This document shows, in pieces, positions 57,260 through 64,000 of a stretch of DNA of 64,000 nt. This DNA comes from Nitrospirota bacterium (lineage in GTDB: Bacteria > Nitrospirota > Thermodesulfovibrionia > Thermodesulfovibrionales > Dissulfurispiraceae), in contig CAWBMP010000004.1 of NCBI GenBank assembly GCA_963790025.1, positions 992,001 to 1,056,000 on the forward strand. The letters are read 5' to 3'. Within the stretch, counting starts at the first letter, position 1. Each line of letters opens with the position of its first letter. A program made the translations under genes and the position numbers. The notes below the pieces were generated by a model. That model was not told the DNA's origin. It searched no databases and worked only from the letters and a program-made list of their open reading frames with translations.

Positions 57260-58148
57260 CAGCTCTGGTAAAGCTGATTTCAATTGTTCCTCCTCGTATG
57301 CTGACCCTTGCATCCTTTGCCGATTCCTTGATTCTGTATGCCTCTTCGGCATTTTGTAATGTTACTGTCCCCGTTATGTTTCTGCGTTCCGAGGTCGCAT
57401 TGATAGCTGAATATTTCCTCCCCTCGAGAAACGATAATGTCTTAATGACCTCATCGAGAGGGATGTTCACAGCATCAAGGTAAAGAGGTAATCTCGCCAG
57501 ATACTCTGTCTTAAGGTCATCCTTAATCCGCCTGTTTTCAAACTCCACTGATTCAAGGTCATTTTCCATGTTTTTTCCTTTCAGGATCAGAACAGCCCAA
57601 ATTACTATGCTCAGTAGAACGAGCGATGCACTCGCTGTAATTTGTATCAACCTGTTCCTTTTGCTTTCCTTTTCAAGGTCTCTATATGCCGGGGTACTCT
57701 CGACCGCCTCCCAAAGCTTCACAATCGGGATATTGGCGCCGTATATTTCCGTTACATTGCTCTCCGGGAGATCCAACTCATTAATTTTATTTTCTATTTC
57801 ATTTCTGTCCTCAATATCATCACTCGTAAAGCGCCATATCAAGGCACCGTTACGATAAGAAAAAACCAGGAGCCTCTTCGCAAAGTAAATGCCAACAATC
57901 GCATTCTCTCTGACGTTAAGTGTCTGAAATAGACTTTTGGCCTTTTTTATTTTCTCATTGGCAATGCTTTTCTCCAGGAAAAAATAATTGCCATGTTTGC
58001 TGTAATATTTATAGTTCCGGTCTTTCCGATCTCCAACTGTTGAATGGTCTGTTAATACTGCCAACCCTTCGGTCGACGGTAACGTGCCGCCTACATTACC
58101 GCTTCGGTCTATGTAAAATTTCTCTTTCTGAAAATCGATATAAATCAT
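57198..58148 (-). CDS. PilM/PilN (GspL)-like bitopic protein
   Basis: Cytoplasmic domain, TM, coiled coil; follows the secretin. Confidence 0.5.
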   Translation of the reverse strand: MIYIDFQKEKFYIDRSGNVGGTLPSTEGLAVLTDHSTVGDRKDRNYKYYSKHGNYFFLEKSIANEKIKKAKSLFQTLNVRENAIVGIYFAKRLLVFSYRNGALIWRFTSDDIEDRNEIENKINELDLPESNVTEIYGANIPIVKLWEAVESTPAYRDLEKESKRNRLIQITASASLVLLSIVIWAVLILKGKNMENDLESVEFENRRIKDDLKTEYLARLPLYLDAVNIPLDEVIKTLSFLEGRKYSAINATSERRNITGTVTLQNAEEAYRIKESAKDARVSIRGGTIEISFTRAVEEDTGPAGRGNYRRLFDLQ

Positions 58149-59695
58149 TTTGCCCTCTCCACCCTCAAGGAAATCACAATTTCTGACTTGCCGCCGGTAT
58201 CATTTTGCGATTTAAACAGGGCCCCCAAAATAGGCGCCTTTGAGATAAGCGGAACTGACTTTGAGCTTATGTTCTTTTGCTCTTTCTTAATGCCTCCAAT
58301 AACGATTGTTTCGCCGTCCTTCAGAGTTACTGACTGCAAGGTCTGCTGCACCGAGGACACAGGGTTAGCAAAGGTGTTGCCGCCGATGTTGAACGTAACA
58401 TAATCATCAACACTCGCAAGAATTGGCGCTATCTGCACATCAATTCTGCCGTCATCCCTTATGTGACACCGTACTGCAAGCATAATACCGTCCTGTGCAC
58501 GTGAAATGGTATAGCTTGTCTGAGCTGTTCCAACGGTGCCGCTTATTGTCGTCTGGATGCTGCCGATATACGGAACGCTTTTGCCTGAGAAAATGGCGAC
58601 GGGCTGCAGATTCCGGGCATAGATATGGGGCTTTGAAAGCACCTGCACACTGCCTTGGTCCTCAAGGGCCTTGAGAACACCCGAGACATCTGATGCGGTC
58701 CTGGCAATAGTGAGTGTTGGGGATGTCACATCGGTCACAGTGGACACAGCCTTCAACGAAGTCCCTCCCTTAGTAAGCTGGATGCCCCCTATTTTGTTTG
58801 CCAAAATATTCCAGTCAATGCCGTATGTAAAATCTGAACTCGTCGACACCTCGTTAATTGTTGCCTCTACAAGGATAAGACGATCTGATGATTCTTTAAG
58901 TCCGTTGATGTACTGAGCAATAAGCACTATGTTCCTTGGCGAGTCCACTACCATCAGGCTCGCTGCCAGCCAGTCAACTACATAGTGGCCATCCGTGGAA
59001 AGCAGCTTCTTTATGTTTTCCTCAAACATCTTCCTGCCGTCTACCGTATCTCCCGCTTTCTTTAGTGTTACATTTGCCTTGAGGTTCTGCGAGCCTGTAT
59101 CTGCACCGCTGCTGCCATACCCTGTTCCTCCTCCTGTGCTGCTGCCGCTGTTGCTGCCGCCTACCATGTCCCCGCCCATCTCTGCCGTCATGTTCGGAGA
59201 CGTTATACTTACATCAGGAATCGAAAAGTTCCTCACTATGAGCTTCTGTACGGTTATCGTCTTGTCCTTTATCTCATATCCATAGTTCACATAACCCGTT
59301 ATAGCATCAAGTGCCTGTGATAAAGGGATGCCTCTGACATCCACTACCACCGGCAGATTGGGGTCCACCTGTGCCCCAAAGATTACCGTATATCCTGTCC
59401 CACTTCCCATTTCCAGCAAAATGTCCCCTAACCTCCGCCCATAGGAGGTCAGCGAGACAAGTGGTCCAGAGGATACCACCTGAACCCCCTTTTCTGAAGG
59501 ATGCGCAGGAGGGAGTTGAGAGGTCAGGGATGAGTCCCTGGTTAAAGAAATAATGATTTTCTTCTTTTGCTCTATTTCCTTTGTCTTATTATCTTGTGCT
59601 TCATGCCTCGCTTCTCCGGGTTCCTGAGCAAACAAGGGAGTCTGCATTTGCAGTAAAGCGAGCACAACGGCCATATAAGATATTATTTTTATCAC
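58145..59695 (-). CDS. Secretin (MshL/PilN/PilQ-like)
   Basis: ILVEATINEV, YGIDW, VLSKPHI, LKDGETIVIGG, VPLISKAPILGALFK. Confidence 0.92.
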   Translation of the reverse strand: MIKIISYMAVVLALLQMQTPLFAQEPGEARHEAQDNKTKEIEQKKKIIISLTRDSSLTSQLPPAHPSEKGVQVVSSGPLVSLTSYGRRLGDILLEMGSGTGYTVIFGAQVDPNLPVVVDVRGIPLSQALDAITGYVNYGYEIKDKTITVQKLIVRNFSIPDVSITSPNMTAEMGGDMVGGSNSGSSTGGGTGYGSSGADTGSQNLKANVTLKKAGDTVDGRKMFEENIKKLLSTDGHYVVDWLAASLMVVDSPRNIVLIAQYINGLKESSDRLILVEATINEVSTSSDFTYGIDWNILANKIGGIQLTKGGTSLKAVSTVTDVTSPTLTIARTASDVSGVLKALEDQGSVQVLSKPHIYARNLQPVAIFSGKSVPYIGSIQTTISGTVGTAQTSYTISRAQDGIMLAVRCHIRDDGRIDVQIAPILASVDDYVTFNIGGNTFANPVSSVQQTLQSVTLKDGETIVIGGIKKEQKNISSKSVPLISKAPILGALFKSQNDTGGKSEIVISLRVERAK

Positions 59696-59730
59696 TGTAG
59701 TAAAGTTTTTCGAGAAATGCCTTCAGTAAG

Positions 59731-59740
59731 ATATTACTTT
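59731..59740 (-). promoter_or_regulatory. Shared island motif AAAGTAATAT
   Basis: Exact match 35 nt before GTG 59695. Confidence 0.7.
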
Positions 59741-59902
59741 CTAAAATCTGAAGATGTGGAGGGGCACAAATTTGACGAAACAGCCAGTTGCACATACAGC
59801 TTTAGCTAATCAGACATATTTTTCAGCGAGGAAATGTTTATTATACTTTCGGAGGACTGATGCGTAGTTGTAATTACCTGACCCGAAAGTAAACAGCTAG
59901 GT

Positions 59903-60529
59903 CTATAGGAGAACTTGTCGTGCATTACTCTCTGCGTATGGATACTCCATGTGCTTTGCTGTTGCCCGTGCAATCCCCTCGCCAAAATACCGGGTTACGA
60001 CTTTGAGTGCCATATCAATGCCGGCAGAGATTCCTGCAGATGTGATGACTCGCCCATCTTCAACAACGCGTTCATCACGCCTTACGGTAACTGACGGGAA
60101 GGACGTGCTCATCCACTCAAGAGAACGCCAATGCGTAGTTGCGCTGAGGCCATCAAGCAATCCGGCAAATCCAAGGAGCATTGAGCCGGTGCAAACAGCT
60201 GTGAGTGTTTCGACCTCAGCCGCACGTTCTTTGATCCACTCTATCATTACAGAATTGCCCATTTCCTTTCGTGTGCCCCAGCCACCGGGAACAACAAGAA
60301 TGTCGAGTTTCGGACAGACATGAAATGTATAGTCAGGTATGACTTTCATACCTCCAGCCGTGACTATAGGTTCATCTCTTTCTGAGACAAGTACGACATC
60401 AAAGGGTGATGGTTCCTCTCGCCTCTTCTCTTCATCGAGACGAACAACAGAAAAGACCTCGAAAGGGCCGCATAAGTCGAGTATCTCAACATCCTCAAAT
60501 AATATGATGCCGACCTTTTTTCTTATCAT
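59903..60529 (-). CDS. DJ-1/PfpI family protein
   Basis: EILDLCGPFEVF, VVPGG, AVCTG, TSAGISAGID. Confidence 0.92.
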   Translation of the reverse strand: MIRKKVGIILFEDVEILDLCGPFEVFSVVRLDEEKRREEPSPFDVVLVSERDEPIVTAGGMKVIPDYTFHVCPKLDILVVPGGWGTRKEMGNSVMIEWIKERAAEVETLTAVCTGSMLLGFAGLLDGLSATTHWRSLEWMSTSFPSVTVRRDERVVEDGRVITSAGISAGIDMALKVVTRYFGEGIARATAKHMEYPYAESNARQVLL

Positions 60530-60702
60530 CTTCTCGCCTCATTGTCAATTGCAGTTAGAAATATACACAATTATAACAGGTTCCACGCTCACAATTTCAG
60601 CATGTATCGAACGGCATGAATTCCTTTTCTTTTTTTCCTGCTTAGAATGTGGTAAAGTTCATTGGTACACATAAATACTTAATTAAAGGAGCCCGTCGCC
60701 CA

Positions 60703-61704
60703 TTGGAATCACTCAGAAAAAGACTGATACTTTCCGGTGTATTGCTATGCCTTATTATATCTTTTGGGACTGCCGGTTTTATCGTTATAGAGGGATGGAG
60801 CTTTCTAGATTCAATTTATATGACTATCATTACCCTCAGCACCGTTGGTTACAAAGAGGTCCATGACCTCTCGACCCACGGTAAGATATTTATAATGTTC
60901 CTCATTATCGGCGGTGTGGGCACTGTCTTCTATGCCCTCAGCATTTGGGCCAAGCTGTTGTTGGAAGGAGAACTTCAAGAACTGTTCGGGAGGAAAAGAT
61001 TGGAAAAGAAAATAAAAGACCTGCATGGCCATTATATCATTTGCGGTTACGGGAGGATGGGGGAAATAATATGCAGAGAGATTAAGGAAAAAGGGGAAAA
61101 ATTCGTTATTGTTGAAAGAGACTCCGGCAGGCTAACCAGGCGAGAGGATTTGCTGGTTTTGGTGGGCGATGCAACACAGGATGAGGTGCTAAAGGAAGCT
61201 GGTATCGAAAAGGCAAAAGGGCTGATATCGGTTCTGTCGACCGATGCCGAAAACCTTTTCGTTGTCCTGAGTGCCCGCGGTCTTAACTCTGACCTTTTCA
61301 TAGTCGTACGCGCAGGAGAGGAAGGCTCCGAAAAAAAGTTGCTTAGGGCCGGTGCGGATAGGGTAATATCGCCCTATCGTATAGGCGGTCTCCGCATCGC
61401 CCACACGGTGCTGAAGCCCGCTGTTGTCGATTTTATAGAATTTGCCACAAAAAGCGGCAATATAGATCTTCAGATGGAAGAGGTCACTATCTCTGAAGGA
61501 GCAAGACTGGAAGGGTGTACGCTGGACAAATGCGGTATAGGCAAGGACCTCGGCATTATTATCGTTGCTATCAAGAGAAGTTCTGGTGAAATGAAGTTTA
61601 ATCCCACTTCGCATACTACAATAAGGGCCGGCGATATTTTGATCGCCCTCGGAGAGGTTCCCAAGTTAAGAATGCTGGAAGATCTGTCTGTAACAAAAAA
61701 ATGA
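60703..61704 (+). CDS. Potassium channel with RCK (TrkA-N/C) domains
   Basis: TLSTVGY filter, IICGYGRMG, GDAT, C-terminal TrkA-C. Confidence 0.92.
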   Translation: MESLRKRLILSGVLLCLIISFGTAGFIVIEGWSFLDSIYMTIITLSTVGYKEVHDLSTHGKIFIMFLIIGGVGTVFYALSIWAKLLLEGELQELFGRKRLEKKIKDLHGHYIICGYGRMGEIICREIKEKGEKFVIVERDSGRLTRREDLLVLVGDATQDEVLKEAGIEKAKGLISVLSTDAENLFVVLSARGLNSDLFIVVRAGEEGSEKKLLRAGADRVISPYRIGGLRIAHTVLKPAVVDFIEFATKSGNIDLQMEEVTISEGARLEGCTLDKCGIGKDLGIIIVAIKRSSGEMKFNPTSHTTIRAGDILIALGEVPKLRMLEDLSVTKK

Positions 61705-62067
61705 TTCCAGTCAAAGGACGCGGGACACAAATCGAAACACTTGAAGACTTACTGGAGCATTTCAAAGGAATAGTTCTCGTTGCCTAAACAATTATTTTTT
61801 TGATTAGTGCAATTGTGAATTATAGCTACTATCGCTATTTGCAAGATAATCCGAGTTTCTACCAACAGACAAAACCTGGCTGGTGTTGACTTGCAGATAA
61901 ATGTTTATAATCGTATTAGCGCTTTATTCTAACGTACTTATGAAAATAACATGATGGCATCCTATTAGCTGGCCAGACGCAATATGCTTTATGGTAATTG
62001 TTAGTCCTGTTAAGTTGAGCAACGGTAACAGGTTTCTTCTAAACTCATCACTTCTTCCGCGTGCCTA

Positions 62068-62601
62068 TTATTCGCCAATGCCTGGCAGAGAAAAAGGAAC
62101 TCGTATAGTAGTCACACATGCCTTATCTTGAAATGCTTTTTCTATTAAACGAGCTGTCTGATTGAACAGAAAACGTTGCCACCATTTAACTGTGATAATA
62201 ACCGGTAACACTACTGTAACATGGCTTTCCTTATTACTGCGGAGTATCCGGTCGATATATTCCGTTAACGGTTCAAGAATGGATCTGTCAGGAGATTCCA
62301 GGATAAAAAGAGGAACATCTATCTTATACCTTTCCCATTGTTCCTCAATTTTATCCCTATCGCAATAATCAAGCAATATATGGACGGCACTAACACTGCC
62401 CTCAAGGTGTTTTGCATAACGGATAGCGTTGATGACTGGTTTATCAAGGCCCACTACAGGAATAACTATGAAATGATTCCCATGAGTAGGATCGAAATAC
62501 ATATCATCAAAGATCGCGTGTCCTGCGACTGCGATTTGGGCAGCACTCGGTTTATTAGCAAGGCGGTCTATTAAACATGGATGCAACATATCGTATCCCA
62601 T
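62068..62601 (-). CDS. Standalone KimA/YdaO C-terminal cytoplasmic domain-like protein
   Basis: IVIPV..LDKPVINAIRYAK, V.AVHI, LESPDRSILEPL..YID, VTVVLP...KWWQRFLFNQTA. Confidence 0.7.
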   Translation of the reverse strand: MGYDMLHPCLIDRLANKPSAAQIAVAGHAIFDDMYFDPTHGNHFIVIPVVGLDKPVINAIRYAKHLEGSVSAVHILLDYCDRDKIEEQWERYKIDVPLFILESPDRSILEPLTEYIDRILRSNKESHVTVVLPVIITVKWWQRFLFNQTARLIEKAFQDKACVTTIRVPFSLPGIGE

Positions 62602-62857
62602 TCTTCAATACCTCTCTGATCCTCGCTTAAGCATGTTTGATGCCAAAGGAGAAGGCAGAATGAAGTCGTTGAGTTAATTTAATAATACAAGGCTAGTTAA
62701 AAGTCTCAAGATATTTCATATTAAAAAATGTAGTATGATCTTTAAAAATGAAATCTAAAATTAGACTGTAGACAAGTTTCAATAGCATCTTTTGCCTTGA
62801 CAATAAATGTTCGGTCTATTGACAATATTCCTCTGTCGGTATTAAAGTATTAATCAA

Positions 62858-62992
62858 AATGCAGCCTAAATCCGTTTAAAACCATCCGGTTAACAATGGA
62901 TGCGGGGGAACCGTCATATGGGGCGTATTCCTTGACCAAGGATAGGGTACTTCCAAGCCCGAGCCCGTCAGCTAACCTCGTAGGCATAAGGA
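62858..62992 (+). ncRNA. c-di-AMP (ydaO-yuaA) riboswitch
   Basis: GCGGGGGAACC...TGGGG...TAGGG...CCCGAGCCCGTCAGCTAACCTCGTAGGC; upstream of kimA. Confidence 0.92.
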
Positions 62993-63011
62993 AGGGCAAT
63001 AGGCAGATTAC

Positions 63012-63040
63012 AAAACCGCTGCTTTGCCGGCGGTTTTTTT
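63012..63040 (+). terminator. Riboswitch expression-platform terminator
   Basis: AAAACCGCTG-CTTTGC-CGGCGGTTTTTTT. Confidence 0.85.
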
Positions 63041-63073
63041 GTGCTCTCCTGTTTGCACCCAGGGAGGAATTTA

Positions 63074-64000
63074 ATGTCACTCAAGCGTTTTCTCATCGGC
63101 AGTCCGATCGAATCGATCAAAGAATCACACGAAAGGCTCAACAAACTAATGGGTCTTGCTGTGTTCTCTTCGGATGCGCTCTCATCTGTGGCCTATGGTC
63201 CGGAGGAAATTCTGCTCGCGCTAATCGTCGGCGGCACCGCGATGCTACATTACTCACTAGCGGTTGCCGTAAGCATCATTGTGCTTATTGCAATTGTCGC
63301 CACTTCCTATTACCAGACAATCCATGCATATCCTTCTGGCGGTGGTGCCTATATTGTTGCAAAGGACAACCTCGGTGACTATCCGGGAGTCGTGGCAGGG
63401 GCCGCACTACTTATCGACTATGTATTGACCGTTACTGTCAGCGTCTCCGCTGGTATTGAGGCAATTACCTCCGCTTTCCCTGCGCTGCACAACCAGGCAG
63501 TTGTTATGTGCTTGGCAGCAATAGCGCTAATCATGGGGATTAATCTCAGAGGAGTGCGGGAGTCCGGAAAAGTCTTTTCGATACCGGTTTACATATTTCT
63601 CGGAAGCCTTTTTCTTCTTATAGGCATGAGTTACGTAAAATCCTTTACGCTTCTTCGTCCTGCTCCGGTAGAATATAGAGCGGCAACCTCAAACACGCTC
63701 GCGCTTTTTATCATACTGAAGGCCTTTGCCTCAGGCTGCGCCACCCTCACTGGAATAGAGGCTGTTTCCAACGGGGTGCGCGCCTTCAAAGCTCCGGAAG
63801 CCCGTAATGCTGGGATTACTCTTATGTGGATGGCGATCTTGCTCGGAACCCTTACCCTAGGCATCGCCTATTTCGCTGACTATTACAGGATTTTGCCCAA
63901 TGAAAATGAAACCGTACTGTCTCAACTTGCCAGGATGGTATTTTCAAAAGGGATAATCTATTACACCATACAATTCGCTACGGCTTTTATGCTCATTCTT
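63074..64000 (+). CDS. kimA: KimA/YdaO APC-family K+ transporter (runs off window end; absent from ORF track)
   Basis: MSLKRFLIGSP...LAVFSSDALSSVAYGPEEIL, YPSGGGAY, GCATLTGIEAVSNGV. Confidence 0.88.
   Translation, partial: MSLKRFLIGSPIESIKESHERLNKLMGLAVFSSDALSSVAYGPEEILLALIVGGTAMLHYSLAVAVSIIVLIAIVATSYYQTIHAYPSGGGAYIVAKDNLGDYPGVVAGAALLIDYVLTVTVSVSAGIEAITSAFPALHNQAVVMCLAAIALIMGINLRGVRESGKVFSIPVYIFLGSLFLLIGMSYVKSFTLLRPAPVEYRAATSNTLALFIILKAFASGCATLTGIEAVSNGVRAFKAPEARNAGITLMWMAILLGTLTLGIAYFADYYRILPNENETVLSQLARMVFSKGIIYYTIQFATAFMLIL

Noticed and set aside
62896..63378. 160-aa ORF
   Set aside because: Overlaps the riboswitch and is out of frame with kimA
1..64000. CRISPR array, tRNA/rRNA genes, integron attC sites, att direct repeats
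   Set aside because: None recognised by eye; dedicated scans were not run

Overview
Bacterial chromosomal window, probably from an anaerobe; the gene content is reminiscent of Nitrospirota/deltaproteobacteria, but that is inference. Bases 1-8.7 kb are housekeeping genes (AKR, tRNA methyltransferase, ispG, mltG, groESL with a perfect CIRCE, rhomboid) plus an intact IS1202-family IS with a 17-bp target duplication. Bases 59.9-64 kb hold DJ-1 and a K+/c-di-AMP locus (K+ channel, c-di-AMP riboswitch, kimA/ydaO, standalone KimA C-terminal domain). Between about 8.8 and 59.8 kb lies a mosaic conjugative-element-like island: a nuclease/dGTPase array punctuated by terminator-like hairpins, parM/parR, a T4SS-like block (VirB4, VirD4, Replic_Relax protein, TraU/H/F/G-like, lytic transglycosylase) and a type IV pilus/secretin block. 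These are interleaved with toxin-antitoxin cassettes and cargo, including a selenocysteine formate dehydrogenase and a UxxC selenothioredoxin missed by the ORF track. The main discovery is an orphan, streamlined RNA polymerase beta' paralogue (1103 aa). It keeps NADFDGD but has no SI3 or jaw, a remodelled sigma-binding clamp and two prolines in the bridge helix. It shares a 10-bp upstream motif (AAAGTAATAT) with parM and five transfer/pilus gene starts. This suggests a mobile-element regulon run by its own swap-in RNAP subunit, which is a hypothesis to be tested. All family assignments and motif counts were made by eye.
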